Shown: in pieces, positions 18,515 to 29,429 of the stretch
Layout of the letters: the number at the start of each line of letters is the position of its first letter
How positions within the stretch are numbered: position 1 is the first letter of the stretch
DNA from: Blastocatellia bacterium
GTDB lineage: Bacteria; Acidobacteriota; Blastocatellia; HR10; J050
Assembly (NCBI GenBank): GCA_025054955.1
Contig: JANWZE010000112.1
Coordinates: 2,310 to 66,309 of the forward strand
DNA: 64,000 nt
Reading direction: 5' to 3'
Made by a program: the position numbers and the translations under genes
Notes under the pieces: model-generated
Database searches by the model: none
Told to the model about the DNA's origin: nothing
Seen by the model: only the letters and a program-made list of their open reading frames with translations

Positions 18515-18570
18515 CCGCCCGACTCCTCTGCAAATAACCATTTTCATGCTTCGTGGCGTTTAATCGCATA
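18515..18570 (+). repeat. dispersed repeat unit (gactcctctgcaaataACCATTTTCATGCTTCGTGGCG)
   Basis: same motif as units near 28.7 and 29.1 kb. Confidence 0.55.
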
Positions 18571-18720
18571 CGGACGATTCCCTCCTATCTGACTCCTGGC
18601 TCCTGATTGTTCCAATGAAGAATTTTCATCGGTCGTTGTGGGCTGATTGCCTATGAGCGGTTCGTGCGACACCTCGGTCGTGATTGGCACAGGAGAGCCG
18701 CTGTGCTACACTGGGGCTGC

Positions 18721-18963
18721 ATGAATCCGAACGTGGCCATCATTTCTGCCGTGCTTGCTGTGTTGACGCTTGTACTGGCTATTTTTGGCGCGTCATGGTT
18801 GAACCAACGTGGCATGGAACGATTGATTGATGCGCTTGCTGCTGAGTTTCGCGCTGAAGTCAAGCGTTTGGATCAGCGGCTTGATTCGATTGAGCAGCGT
18901 CTGGATCGCATTGCGCGTCAACTGGAAGCGATTTTCAAACCGATGCTGCCGCCGCGCGGATAA
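18721..18963 (+). CDS. small membrane-anchored coiled-coil protein (hypothetical)
   Basis: N-terminal TM VAIISAVLAVLTLVLAIF then helical region; no recognisable motifs. Confidence 0.35.
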   Translation: MNPNVAIISAVLAVLTLVLAIFGASWLNQRGMERLIDALAAEFRAEVKRLDQRLDSIEQRLDRIARQLEAIFKPMLPPRG

Positions 18964-18982
18964 TCATGACGCCCCCTTGCGC

Positions 18983-21019
18983 TCATGAGCCTCGCAGTTT
19001 GGCCAATGTTTGCTCCGCCTTCCGGCGATTCACAAGTGTTTGCCCGTCGCGATAACCGCTGCTGATTCGCAGGTATTCTTCTAACGCCGCGCGCGCATCT
19101 GCTGGACGGCCCATTTCCTCATAAAGTGTGCCCAGCAAAAACAGCGCCCGGTGGGCATCCGACCAATGTTCTTCTTCAACATACTCGCGGATTGATTCCA
19201 GCTCGGCGAGCGCTTCTTCTTTTTTGCCGGCTTGGTGCAGGATGACGGCCAGATTGGCTGTGAAGCGTCCTTTATATTGAGGAATGGCTGCGCGGCCTTG
19301 ACGAATGACGTTGGCCGCCTCCTCAAGCCGGCCTTGACGATGATAACAAACCATCAGTTGATCGTAGGCAGCAGCAACGTCCGGTGTCCGGCGGATGACT
19401 TCCCGAAAGTAGCGTTCAGCTTGAACAGTTTTTCCTTCCTCCATTGCGATCACGCCTAGACTGATCATCGCACTGGGCCGGTAACGAATGGCCAGCGCGC
19501 GCTCAAACGCTGCTTTAGCCTCCTGATTGCGGCCGGCCCGGCGCAGAACGTAACCGTATTGGGTCCAACTGATCACCCCATGGGCATTGGTTTGAACGCC
19601 CCGCTCCCATAGCGACACTTCGTTCGTCCACAGGCGGTTGTAACGCACGGTTTGCAGCGTCAACGGGACGCATACCGCCATAGCGACCATCAGGCACACC
19701 CATTGTGCTCGCCATGCCGACATAGGAATGAGCTTCGACAGCGACCGGGCGGCTGCCGGGATGATGACCGTCAGTACACCCAGCAGCGGCAGATACAAAT
19801 ATCGGTCTTGGACGATATTTTCCAAATAGAATGCCCGGATGTTCAACGCCGGCGCGAATGTAGTTAGAAAGAAGGCCAGCCCGATTTGCCGCACGGGATC
19901 GCGGTCTGCCGCAGCCACCAGAAGTGTGCCCATAATGATGATGAGCGCCAGCGGCAGTCCCACGTTCATCAGATCAACTTGCGCATAGGTGATCGGGCGC
20001 AAACCGTAGGATGGACCGATCCAGTAGGGGAAAATCGTTTGACGAATATAAAAAGCCAGCACTGATGGCAATGTAGCCAGCACGTTGCCAGGGCCTTCGG
20101 TCTCGTGGGCATGAACGAAGAATTGTCCGAGGATGAAATAGCGAGCGCTGAAGAATGCCACCGTGACCAGCACAAACGGCAGTGCCTCGCGCAAAGCGCG
20201 CCCCGCGCGTGAGGCGAACGACGCCCCCGGCGCGCGGTCCAGAACGAATATGGTGACCAGCACGAGCAATGGAAACAAGCTCACCGTCTCTTTGGCCATC
20301 ACTCCAAGCGCGAACAAGAGCACGGCTGCGCCCCGTTTCCACGGGCGTGGTCGCTGCCAAGCAGAGATGACCAGCCATAAGGCGCCGAGCATACCAGCAG
20401 CCGACAGCATATTGGGTGAGCCGGAAATCCACGCCACCGATTCAACCTGCACCGGATGCACGACGAAGATCAAAACAATCGCAAAGGCCAGCGGCCAGGC
20501 CAGATTCAACCAGCGGAGCCAGCCATAAGCCAGCGTCGCCACCAGCGCGTGCAACAGGATATTGCCTGCGTGCCAGCCAACCGTGCTGTCCACCCCAAAC
20601 AGCCGATAACTCACCATGAGCCACACAACAAACATCGGTCGCCAGTAATTGCTCCAGGGTTCTTCCTTCTCGCCTTTGAACGCCCATACGTCGGACGTCA
20701 GCGCCGTCCAAATGTGTTTGTTCTGCTGAATGAGCTGGTTCTGCGCAATCTGCATCGTGTCGTCGTAAATGAACGGGCCTCTGAGTGTATTAGCGAACAC
20801 AGCAACGGTCACGGCAACAATCACCACCACGACAATCGTATCGAGCCGTCGCCACCCTGCGATGGATGTAGCGACAGATGGTTGCGGTTGTCGGAGTGAG
20901 TGTTGCTGTTTGCCCATGTCAATTCCAGTACGCACTGCACATCGCGACGATCGTATCGAGCCCTCGTCAACCAGGAATGTCGGGACGGAGAAATTTACCA
21001 TCTGTTGCCGCGCTCTCAC
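18983..21019 (-). CDS. TMTC/PMT-like GT-C glycosyltransferase with C-terminal TPR repeats
   Basis: ~10 TM helices, FIYDD motif in first loop (GT-C DD/DE motif), C-terminal TPR array; start may be the internal ATG (MGKQQH). Confidence 0.6.
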   Translation of the reverse strand: MRARQQMVNFSVPTFLVDEGSIRSSRCAVRTGIDMGKQQHSLRQPQPSVATSIAGWRRLDTIVVVVIVAVTVAVFANTLRGPFIYDDTMQIAQNQLIQQNKHIWTALTSDVWAFKGEKEEPWSNYWRPMFVVWLMVSYRLFGVDSTVGWHAGNILLHALVATLAYGWLRWLNLAWPLAFAIVLIFVVHPVQVESVAWISGSPNMLSAAGMLGALWLVISAWQRPRPWKRGAAVLLFALGVMAKETVSLFPLLVLVTIFVLDRAPGASFASRAGRALREALPFVLVTVAFFSARYFILGQFFVHAHETEGPGNVLATLPSVLAFYIRQTIFPYWIGPSYGLRPITYAQVDLMNVGLPLALIIIMGTLLVAAADRDPVRQIGLAFFLTTFAPALNIRAFYLENIVQDRYLYLPLLGVLTVIIPAAARSLSKLIPMSAWRAQWVCLMVAMAVCVPLTLQTVRYNRLWTNEVSLWERGVQTNAHGVISWTQYGYVLRRAGRNQEAKAAFERALAIRYRPSAMISLGVIAMEEGKTVQAERYFREVIRRTPDVAAAYDQLMVCYHRQGRLEEAANVIRQGRAAIPQYKGRFTANLAVILHQAGKKEEALAELESIREYVEEEHWSDAHRALFLLGTLYEEMGRPADARAALEEYLRISSGYRDGQTLVNRRKAEQTLAKLRGS

Positions 21020-21400
21020 AATTCACGGTTATCATGTTCAGCCAATGGAGCGCATTGATGAGTGAACCTTGTCCCGTCCGGCTCCGGATCAACACGAATC
21101 GGCCGGCCCGCGCCGTTCGTCTTTTACGCAGGCACGACGAAACACTGTGCAAGGATAGTTGCCGCGAAAGCGCAAGCGATTCCTGAGCATGGGCAAGAAT
21201 CGTTGCATGAACTGAAGCAAACAGCTAACGACTAAAAACTGATCGCGCACCCAGAGCAAGTCTCCGTTGCCTCAAGCTGGAGGTCACACATCTTCCGGGC
21301 TCATGCACGCCGGAATCGTGCGCCCCCAGGGCACACTCATTCATGAACTGCTCTCGCGCGAGAAAACCGTCGGCTCATTGCATGAGCTAACGGTACGGGA

Positions 21401-22318
21401 CTACAAAGTTGTCCACGCGTGGACCCCTTCCTCCCAGAAAAAGACTTTCCCATCTTGCAGCCACGGGATCATCTGGCGACGCGCCGCATCCTCAGCCCCT
21501 TCCGTGGTCGTTTCGCCGGCCACAACGGGAATCGCTCGATAGCCGGCCTTGCGCAACAACTCAGCACGCCGCCGCGCCCGCTCCACATCGTTCACGTCAA
21601 CCGTCGTGGAAATCTCCACCGCCAACCACAGCTCTGGCCCCTCCGGTTGCTCTTGCGCCGGCCCGCACAGCAGCAAATCCAACAACAGCACATCGTAAAT
21701 CTCATCCTTGGACAGATGCCGCTCCAACGTATCGAGCAATGACGGCAGCTCCACCACGCGCGGCCGCCGCACTAAGCGGCCAAAGTAGGCTTGCGCCCGC
21801 TCCCGGTACTTCCGCTCAAGCTCTCTGCCTTCCAGGTTCCCCACCCGGCCTTCCAGCCGAGCGAACCGGCCTTCCAGCCGATCCATTCTTTGTTCGAGTC
21901 GTTGCTGGCTTTCGAGCATCATGCGTTGCGCTTCGGCCAGACTTCGCTGCGCTTCAGCCAGTGCTGCCATCTGCTCTTCCACGCGGGTCAGCCGTTCCTC
22001 CGTGCGCTGCTGCGCCTCGGCCAATGCTCGTTGCGCTTGGGCCAGCTCACGAACGATCGCCGGCAGCTCGAGCAATTCATCGGTCAATAGCAACCGACGC
22101 AACTCGGCCCGCCACTGCGGATGGTCGCTCAATAGCCGAACCAAGTCGTAATAATCATGCACCTCAAACGCCATGTCTGATCTCCTGACACGCACAGTGT
22201 AGTTGCTGCTCATAGCAAAGAGCAAGGCGAAGTTTGCCCGTGCAAGAGGCTCAAGGCTTTGCCGGGCCCTGCTTCTCGTGCGTGAAAAGTGTGTCCGCGA
22301 AAAGCCCTGGGAGCGCAC
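21401..22318 (-). CDS. coiled-coil hypothetical protein with C-terminal globular domain
   Basis: repeated LAEAQ(R/Q) heptads; no catalytic motifs identified. Confidence 0.4.
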   Translation of the reverse strand: MRSQGFSRTHFSRTRSRARQSLEPLARANFALLFAMSSNYTVRVRRSDMAFEVHDYYDLVRLLSDHPQWRAELRRLLLTDELLELPAIVRELAQAQRALAEAQQRTEERLTRVEEQMAALAEAQRSLAEAQRMMLESQQRLEQRMDRLEGRFARLEGRVGNLEGRELERKYRERAQAYFGRLVRRPRVVELPSLLDTLERHLSKDEIYDVLLLDLLLCGPAQEQPEGPELWLAVEISTTVDVNDVERARRRAELLRKAGYRAIPVVAGETTTEGAEDAARRQMIPWLQDGKVFFWEEGVHAWTTL

Positions 22319-22545
22319 GCCTCAGCCGCACCTGTTGAGCCTGCCAGAGGCAGACGCTCCCGGCTATGCCTGGCGCACACGGGCGATTCGTTCGTGAGGT
22401 GGGATCACTCATGGCTGATTCTCCTGGATTGGCTTACACCATTTACAGAGGGAAAGACCAGTCCATGAAGCCCCAAAGCATGGCGAGACCTGAACTGACT
22501 GAGCGGGACTGTGCGATCTTCACTTGGCATTTGCTCTGCGTCTTA

Positions 22546-22589
22546 TCAATCCGCATTCCGCGCCAGTTCAATCCGCATTCCGCGCCAGT
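22546..22589 (+). repeat. 22-bp perfect tandem direct repeat x2
   Basis: caatccgcattccgcgccagtt caatccgcattccgcgccagtt in intergenic region downstream of zupT. Confidence 0.8.
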
Positions 22590-22634
22590 TAACGGTCGTG
22601 AAGCTGTGCTGTCAATGGCCTGCGCCGCGGCAGA

Positions 22635-23540
22635 CTAGCTCATCAGCAAGAGACTGATGGCCATGACCCCCATACCGGCCATGAGGCCGAGCAGGCTGTC
22701 GTGCCCCCTGCCGTAGGCGCGGCTGGTCGGCAGCAGTTGATCCAAACTGATGTAGACCATGATGCCGGCCACGCCACCGAACAGTACACCTACGACTTCG
22801 CTCGGGATGGCTCCCGTTTCACCACCCGTTAGCAACCGCAGCATCACATAGGCCACGATAGCGCCTAGCGGTTCAGCTAAACCGCTCAGACAGGAATACA
22901 CGAATGCCCGCGCGCGGTTTCCTGTGGCATAGAAGATCGGCACCGCCACGCTGATTCCTTCAGGAATGTTGTGCAGCGCAACCGCCACGGCGATAGCGAC
23001 GCCGACGTTTGGGTCTTGCAATGCTGTCACAAAGGTAGCCAAGCCTTCGGGAAAATTGTGAATAGCAATTGCCGTCGCTGCGAACACTCCCATGCGCATG
23101 AGCTTTCGGCGATGGCGACGATGATCGTGCAAGCCGGAGAGCGAATACTCCGTTGGATGCTGGGCAATCGTGTCGAAGTCCGGCAGCGGGGCTGATGCGC
23201 TATGCAGTGGGGCGGTCTCATCGTGGGCGTGGACCTCATGCGGATTCTCAGCGGCTGGAATCAGATTGTCCACGATACCAATCAGCAGGAGACCGCCGAA
23301 AAACGAAGCCAGATGAATCCACTGTCCCCAGTATGCGCCATAGGCTGCGCTCAGCACATCAACGCCCTTATGGAAGATCTCCACGAACGATACGTAGAGC
23401 ATGACGCCTGCTGAGAAGCCTGTGGCCACCGAGAGGAGGCGGTAATTCGTGCGCTCGGCGGTGAATGCGATGGCACTGCCGATGGCGGTGCTCATGCCGG
23501 CAAACGCCGTCAGGCCCAGTGCAATCCATACGTCAGTCAT
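22635..23540 (-). CDS. zupT: ZIP family zinc transporter ZupT
   Basis: 8 TM, His-rich loop ([12 protein letters not shown]...HDHRRHRR), HNFPEG and HNIPEG motifs. Confidence 0.85.
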   Translation of the reverse strand: MTDVWIALGLTAFAGMSTAIGSAIAFTAERTNYRLLSVATGFSAGVMLYVSFVEIFHKGVDVLSAAYGAYWGQWIHLASFFGGLLLIGIVDNLIPAAENPHEVHAHDETAPLHSASAPLPDFDTIAQHPTEYSLSGLHDHRRHRRKLMRMGVFAATAIAIHNFPEGLATFVTALQDPNVGVAIAVAVALHNIPEGISVAVPIFYATGNRARAFVYSCLSGLAEPLGAIVAYVMLRLLTGGETGAIPSEVVGVLFGGVAGIMVYISLDQLLPTSRAYGRGHDSLLGLMAGMGVMAISLLLMS

Positions 23541-23662
23541 GTTCTCGTCCCTTGTTCGCTTATCTGCACGTTAAGTGATCAGCGATGGCAACCAGCGGCA
23601 TGCCGACGCCGTTTCTGATCTGTGTGATCCATTGGTCTTACCGACGGCGTTATCCGCTGTTG

Positions 23663-24655
23663 TCAGAGGGTGAGTTGATTTGCGCAGTAACCATGCTGCT
23701 CAATGTCGGTAATGTTGGCCAGCGTTGTCTGAGCGATGCTTTCTAACGCATTGCGGGTGAAAAAAGCTTGATGCCCGGTGATCAACACATTGGGAAACGT
23801 TAGGAGCCGCGCGAACACGTCGTCTTGGAGCACAACATTAGACAAATCCTCGAAAAACAGTTCTTCCTCCTCCTCGTAGACATCCAGGCCGAGGTAACCA
23901 ATTTTGCCTGACTTGAGGCCTTCGATCACAGCCGTTGTGTCAATCAACGCTCCGCGGCTTGTATTGAGCAAGACAACGCCCGCCTTCATCTTCTCTATCG
24001 CCTTGGCGTCAATCATGTGGTACGTCTGCGGTGTCAGCGGACAATGCAGCGTGATGATGTCTGCCAATGTCAGCAGCTCGTCCAGTTCGACATAGCGCAG
24101 CCCAATCCGCTCACTGTCCGGGTGAGGCGTCAGGTCGTAACCCAGTAACGAGCAGCCAAAGCCGTTCATAATCTTGGCTACCTCGAATCCAATTTTGCCC
24201 GTTCCGATGATGCCCACCGTCAAACCATACAGGTCAAAACCGAGCAAGCCATCGAGCGCGAAATTGCCTTCGCGCACCCGATTGTAGGCCCGATGCACTT
24301 TGCGGTTGAGGGCGAGCAGCAGCGCGACCGTATGCTCAGCGACGGCGTGAGGCGAATACGCCGGAACCCGCACAACGCGGATGTGATTGGCTTGTGCCGC
24401 TCGCAGATCAACATTATTGAACCCGGCACAGCGCAGAGCGACCAGATGAGTGCCGCCTTGCGCCAATGCCGTCAGTGTGACGGCGTCCAGTTGATCGTTG
24501 ACAAAGATGCACACTGCTGGAAAGCCTTTGGCCAACGCGGCTGTTGCCTGACTCAGCCGAGCGTCAAAGAAGACCAGCTCGTGGTGGTGTCGCTCATTGG
24601 CCGTTTCCAAAAATAAGCGATCGTAGCTCTTGGTGCTGAATACGGCGACGCGCAT
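23663..24655 (-). CDS. ldhA: D-lactate dehydrogenase / D-isomer-specific 2-hydroxyacid dehydrogenase
   Basis: near collinear with E. coli LdhA ([12 protein letters not shown]..., GIIGTGKIG, catalytic RGA...E...H); start taken at internal ATG 24655. Confidence 0.85.
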   Translation of the reverse strand: MRVAVFSTKSYDRLFLETANERHHHELVFFDARLSQATAALAKGFPAVCIFVNDQLDAVTLTALAQGGTHLVALRCAGFNNVDLRAAQANHIRVVRVPAYSPHAVAEHTVALLLALNRKVHRAYNRVREGNFALDGLLGFDLYGLTVGIIGTGKIGFEVAKIMNGFGCSLLGYDLTPHPDSERIGLRYVELDELLTLADIITLHCPLTPQTYHMIDAKAIEKMKAGVVLLNTSRGALIDTTAVIEGLKSGKIGYLGLDVYEEEEELFFEDLSNVVLQDDVFARLLTFPNVLITGHQAFFTRNALESIAQTTLANITDIEQHGYCANQLTL

Positions 24656-24669
24656 GCGAACGGCCTCCT

Positions 24670-27600
24670 TCAAACCATCTGCACTTCGCGTTGCTCAAAC
24701 AGGTGATCCAGCCACAACGAGGTCAGTTTCTCGGCTGCTGAGTTCTGCCGCAATCGCTCGCTGAGGAACCGGAAGTCAACATGGTCAAGCGGCTGATCCT
24801 GATTGAAGCAACTGAACACCAGTGTCTCACGACCGGTTTGCGGGTCTACGTGTCGTTGCAGACATTGCGAGCAGACTTCCTTCATCATGCATTGCATCGG
24901 CGAGTTAATCGAACCGATGGCTACTCGTTCGTGCAACACGTCGCGCAGCACCGTATGACGGGCTTCGCGCACAGCGTTCATCATGCGATCAGACCCGATG
25001 CAGATGAGCCGATCCACCTCCTGCAAGCGGATGGGCTGGGGTCCCAACTCGCCGCGCGCATACCGATCCATTGCCTGGACGATATTGCCGACAGTGGTTC
25101 GGTCTTGCGGTCGGTGAGGCGGGATCGGCTCGCCTTCATCCACGCTCCAGACGACGATGTCGCAAGCATCTTCAATCGCCCGGCGCTTGAACAGGTCAGC
25201 GCGGCGCTTATAACCGGCGAAGTAGATGACGCGGTTACCGCGCTGCTTCATCGCCGCGGCAATCGAAAACAGCACCGCATTCCCCAATCCGCCGCCGGCC
25301 AGCAGCACGGTTTCGCCATTAGGAATTTCCGTCGCCGTGCCGGTCGGCCCCATCAGCACGACTTCTTCGCCAGGCTCAAGAATGGCGCACAAGCGCGACG
25401 ACCCACCCATCTCTAACACGATGAGCGAAATCAATCCACGCTCAGGGTCTGTCCACGCGCCAGTCAACGCCAGTCCCTCCATCGTCAGGCGAATACCTTC
25501 GACCACTTCGGCTGTGCTCTCGTAATTTTGCAGACGATAGAACTGACCCGGACGAAAATGCCGCGCTGCCATCGGCGCGCGCACAATGACTTCAACAATG
25601 CGATCCGCCAAGCGAATGGCATCCACCACGTGCGCGCGGAATCCATCTTCTAGCACCTCAGCAAAGCGCACCCAGGCATTTTCCCGTTCGGGCTGTTCCT
25701 CAAGGTCCTGCGCTGCGACTTCCTCTTCAAACAGCTTGGCGATCTCCCGATAGCCGTGATAAGCCGACGCCATCGCTTTGACGACACTGCCGGCAAAAAC
25801 CGGGTGTGCATCGCCGTAAAACGTGATGAATCGTCCATCGCGCTCATACGAAGTGAAGAAGCCGACCTCCCCCGGTCCCACGCGCTCAACGTGACGCGAA
25901 CCATCAGCCGCCCGCACAACACGGTGCATGGCGAAACACTTATTTTTCTCGTCAATCACGAATGTACCCGGATGCTCTTTCTCATAAACAATGTTGGGAT
26001 TCGTACCGGCCGCCACCATCACGGCGCGGGCCGGAAATTCGACAATCTCGCCGGTATCTTTCAACTGACCATCTACGAATTTCATGCGCGTGAATTGAAC
26101 AGCTCGCACATGGTTGTATTCATCCAGCAGGCATCCCACCGGATTCATACACTCGACAAAGCCAATGCCTTCCTCGAGCGACTTGATGATCTCTTCATGG
26201 TTGAGGCGATAGGCGGGTGAGTCTTGCAGGCGCCTTCGGTAGACAATGGTGACGCCGCCCCAGGAGCGCACCAACCGGGCAAAATCAGGCGGACGATTTG
26301 CGGCAGCGGCGGCGGCTCGTTCGGCCTGCACCATGCGGCCATGCATTAACCAGGTGCGCACGGTTCGCTGTTCCTCCTCGTCGAGCTTAGCCCAGATGGC
26401 GTCTTCACCGATCAATTGCTTGAGTCGCTCAAATCGTTCCAGCGTTTTCTCCACCTGGGTCACGTAGTAGGCTTGCAGTTCGGTGGCCGTATCAATCGCC
26501 GTCAGACCGCCGCCGATGACCACCGCCGGCAGCTCGACCTGAAAGTTGGTCAGCGAATTTTTCCGATAGGCGCCCTGCCCTTGCAAACCCATGAGAAAAT
26601 CGGAGGCCATGCGCACGCCGCGAGCCAGATTATTCTTCATCGGCACGATGGTCGGTCGTCCGGCGCCGGCGGCGATAGCGATGTGATCAAAGCCCAGCTC
26701 CCATGCGTCCTCAATCGTGATCGTGCCACCGAATCGCACACCGTCCAGCAGTCGAAACTTCTTGCGTCGCATCAGGATGATGTAATTGATGTCGAGAAAA
26801 TTCTTGTCCCAGCGGACCGTGATGCCATACTCAGCCACACCGCCGAATCCGACTGTGGGGCGCGTCGAAAGCGGCCCCATGATTTCACGCACGTCGCGAA
26901 TCGGGCGCGGGACGCGCCGCTTGGACCCGCGCAGGTGCACAGCCAACGGCTCGATCTTGAGGCCATCAATGCCAACAACGCCGAACCCCTCGTTGAGCAA
27001 ATGGTGGGCCAGTGTGTAACCGGCCGGCCCCATGCCAACAACCAGAACGTTTTTGCCGTTGTAGCGCAGCGGATAGGGTCGGCGCGCGTTCAAGGGATTC
27101 CATCGAGTCAACAGGGAGACGATCTCAAATCCATAGGGCAGGTGCAGCACCTCGGTGAGGATGCCCGTTTCAATCTGCGGGATGTTGACAGGGTCCTGCT
27201 TTTGAAAGATGCACGATTTCATGCAGTCATTACAAATGCGATGACCTGTGCCGGCCAGCAGCGGATTGTCAATCATGATGACGGCCAAGGCTCCAATCAG
27301 GTGTCCGTCGCGGAAGAGCGCGATCATCTCGGAGATTTTCTCGTCCAGCGGACAGCCGACCAGCTCGATGCCCAGCGGGTTGCGTTGCACGGAGCCATCT
27401 TTGTTCAACAGCCCGATGCTGCACGAATCTTTGCCGCGCAGATGGCACGTCAAACAATAGTGCGCTTCGCGCAAATTTTCTCGCCGCGTGTACCGCGGAT
27501 CTGTCAAATCAAAGCCATCACGATAGCGCCGTGTCTCCGGCGGTCCCATGAAAAACTCCGGCAGATCAGGCCGTGGATGAATGCGTGCAACCAATTCATT

Positions 27601-28287
27601 GAAGTCCGTTTTGTGTGGTAGGTGAAAACTGGCCATCTGCTTTCGCCGCCCGGCCAGCGCCGGATGAAATGCCAAGGCTTGAATCCATTGTTCCACCTTG
27701 GCCAGATTGGCTTGCGCCGTGGCTCGCGTCTCCGCATCAGTGGCTTGCTCAATCGTCTGGTGGAGCGTCATATAGACCACAGCCAGCTCACGCTCCGGAT
27801 CGGCAAACAACGCAGCATCCGAGATCAACGCATCGGCCACCTCGCGGTAGGCAAATTCCAATTCGACCGGGTCCATCTCAGATAACGCCTCTGGCGTCGG
27901 CGGCTCCTTCAGCAAACGACGGTCGAGAAACTGGCGTTTCCACTTGAACACAATCTGATCGGCTCGCACCCGTTCGCACAGCGCGCGATATTCATCCTCA
28001 ATGTGAAACAGGCGAGCAATGAAATCGCCGACATAGGGAGCTACTCGCATCAACAGGTCGGATTCCTCAAGCCGTGTACGATCTTTGCCGCCTGAATCGC
28101 GATACCGCATGAAGTCTTCCGCCAGCGCCGGATCAATTCGTCCCAATTCGCTGAGAAAGACACGATCCAACGCTTCAATGCGCCGGACGCGATTTAAGTC
28201 GGCGTAGCGGAATCCCGGTATACCCAGTTGAAAATTCCACGCCCGCGCTTCATCTCGAATACTCGCAGGCAAATGTTTCAGTGCCAT
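24670..28287 (-). CDS. 1205-aa fused flavoprotein: N-terminal helical + 2x[4Fe-4S] Cys-motif domain, GltD/NfnB-like FAD/NAD(P) oxidoreductase, C-terminal PyrK/NfnA-like FNR domain with 2Fe-2S Cys cluster
   Basis: [12 protein letters not shown]...CPLD / CNDCMKSC Cys clusters; [17 protein letters not shown] (Rossmann); C-terminal RPGQFYRL...[11 protein letters not shown]...CxxC; stop overlaps ldhA start. Confidence 0.7.
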   Translation of the reverse strand: MALKHLPASIRDEARAWNFQLGIPGFRYADLNRVRRIEALDRVFLSELGRIDPALAEDFMRYRDSGGKDRTRLEESDLLMRVAPYVGDFIARLFHIEDEYRALCERVRADQIVFKWKRQFLDRRLLKEPPTPEALSEMDPVELEFAYREVADALISDAALFADPERELAVVYMTLHQTIEQATDAETRATAQANLAKVEQWIQALAFHPALAGRRKQMASFHLPHKTDFNELVARIHPRPDLPEFFMGPPETRRYRDGFDLTDPRYTRRENLREAHYCLTCHLRGKDSCSIGLLNKDGSVQRNPLGIELVGCPLDEKISEMIALFRDGHLIGALAVIMIDNPLLAGTGHRICNDCMKSCIFQKQDPVNIPQIETGILTEVLHLPYGFEIVSLLTRWNPLNARRPYPLRYNGKNVLVVGMGPAGYTLAHHLLNEGFGVVGIDGLKIEPLAVHLRGSKRRVPRPIRDVREIMGPLSTRPTVGFGGVAEYGITVRWDKNFLDINYIILMRRKKFRLLDGVRFGGTITIEDAWELGFDHIAIAAGAGRPTIVPMKNNLARGVRMASDFLMGLQGQGAYRKNSLTNFQVELPAVVIGGGLTAIDTATELQAYYVTQVEKTLERFERLKQLIGEDAIWAKLDEEEQRTVRTWLMHGRMVQAERAAAAAANRPPDFARLVRSWGGVTIVYRRRLQDSPAYRLNHEEIIKSLEEGIGFVECMNPVGCLLDEYNHVRAVQFTRMKFVDGQLKDTGEIVEFPARAVMVAAGTNPNIVYEKEHPGTFVIDEKNKCFAMHRVVRAADGSRHVERVGPGEVGFFTSYERDGRFITFYGDAHPVFAGSVVKAMASAYHGYREIAKLFEEEVAAQDLEEQPERENAWVRFAEVLEDGFRAHVVDAIRLADRIVEVIVRAPMAARHFRPGQFYRLQNYESTAEVVEGIRLTMEGLALTGAWTDPERGLISLIVLEMGGSSRLCAILEPGEEVVLMGPTGTATEIPNGETVLLAGGGLGNAVLFSIAAAMKQRGNRVIYFAGYKRRADLFKRRAIEDACDIVVWSVDEGEPIPPHRPQDRTTVGNIVQAMDRYARGELGPQPIRLQEVDRLICIGSDRMMNAVREARHTVLRDVLHERVAIGSINSPMQCMMKEVCSQCLQRHVDPQTGRETLVFSCFNQDQPLDHVDFRFLSERLRQNSAAEKLTSLWLDHLFEQREVQMV

Positions 28288-28640
28288 CGTCTCACCTCGT
28301 TGTTTGAGTTATCGTCAAGCCATTGCATGATACTGTTTCAGTCAGAGCGATCAGTCGCCTTATCTGAAACCGGCAACCTGACCGCTGCCATCTGTCCTTG
28401 AAAGCCAACAAGCCTGGTTTCACGGCGACCATATCACGCCAATGTTTCAGCCATGCTGGTTGGCTCTTCGCGCGAGAAAATTGACAGAAGTTATACCCGC
28501 CCTAAGTGCCGTAGGGCAAGCGTCCAGTTGACGCATCCATTGAAGCGCCCGTCGTCAACCAGAGAAACCGAGACATCACACGTCGTGCGTGGCCCATGGG
28601 CGCCGACAAGAGTGAACGTGCAGCTCAGCGCGATGCTGCT

Positions 28641-28800
28641 GCTGAACGATGTGGCACAGGTGTTCCCGCCTGTTCGCCATTTTCATCCTTCGTGGCGAGC
28701 CTCAGCTCGTCAGCGATTCCTATGAAAATAGCCCACGAAACACGCGCATCACACGAACGAATTGTATTTTCATCATTCGTGGCGCGCGCGGAGCATAAGG
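28641..28800 (+). repeat. two tandem ~80-bp units of the hairpin/TTTTCAT-CTTCGTGGCG repeat family
   Basis: gtggcacaggtgttcccgcctgttcgccattttcatccttcgtggcgagc ... gtattttcatcattcgtggcgcgcgcggagc. Confidence 0.7.
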
Positions 28801-28853
28801 GGGATTCCTCGAAAAACGTGAAAACTCGGCTTGCGCCGGAGGCGCAAACAGCA

Positions 28854-29047
28854 GGTAGCCAGATGTGCAACGTCTGGAACAGCCGATCAAACAATCGTAG
28901 CGCGTTGGAGACGCGCCAAGACATGGCTGTTCCCGGCGAGCGGTTCACCTGCATGAACGACCCAATAGGAGCACTGCTGGCGCCTCTCCAAGGCGCCTTG
29001 GGCATTTGGGGATGACGTCCGACCCAGACGTTTCACGTCTGGCTACC
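28854..29047 (+). repeat. MITE-like TIR element copy B (extended homology 28770..29095)
   Basis: GGTAGCCAGATGTgcaaCGTCTGG ... CCAGACGTttcaCGTCTGGCTACC; collinear with copy A. Confidence 0.65.
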
Positions 29048-29089
29048 CCCTTGCGGCGTCTAACGACGCCGTGTCCAGAGATCGCTCGT

Positions 29090-29345
29090 TCAGAAATAAC
29101 TATTTTCATGCTTCGTGGCGTGCTGTTGCCATAGGTGAATCCTCGGAAAAAAACCATTTTCATGCTTCGTGGCGTGCGTGGAGCTCACGGGCGGTTTCTC
29201 AGAGAATGTGGCACAGGCGTTCCCGCCTGTTCGCCATTTTCATCCTTCGTGGCGAGCGCAGAGCCCATGGGGGGATTCCTCAGAGAATGTGGCACATGCA
29301 TTCCCACCTGTCACCCATTTTCATCGTCTCTCCCGCGTCGCTGCC
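29090..29345 (+). repeat. four tandem ~56-80-bp units of the hairpin/TTTTCATGCTTCGTGGCG repeat family
   Basis: units begin at 29104, 29160, 29239, 29317; two carry the CACAGGCG-TTCC-CGCCTG hairpin. Confidence 0.75.
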
Positions 29346-29429
29346 GGTGACATGCAACTTCTTATCAGCAACATGAGCGACTTCGCACACTGAGGAACAG
29401 CCAGCCTGTTGCAAGCTGGCGCGCCCACG

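Noticed and set aside
22366-22638. 90-aa ORF in zupT downstream region as a small protein
   Set aside because: No RBS, low-complexity composition, overlaps the 22-bp tandem repeat; more likely non-coding.
29090-29345. Possible CRISPR array (short repeat TTTTCATGCTTCGTGGCG with ~60-80-bp spacing)
   Set aside because: The inter-repeat segments are themselves repeated (hairpin CACAGGCG-TTCC-CGCCTG recurs in several 'spacers' and at distant loci), unit lengths are irregular, and no cas genes or leader are present; better explained as degenerate tandem units of a dispersed repeat family.
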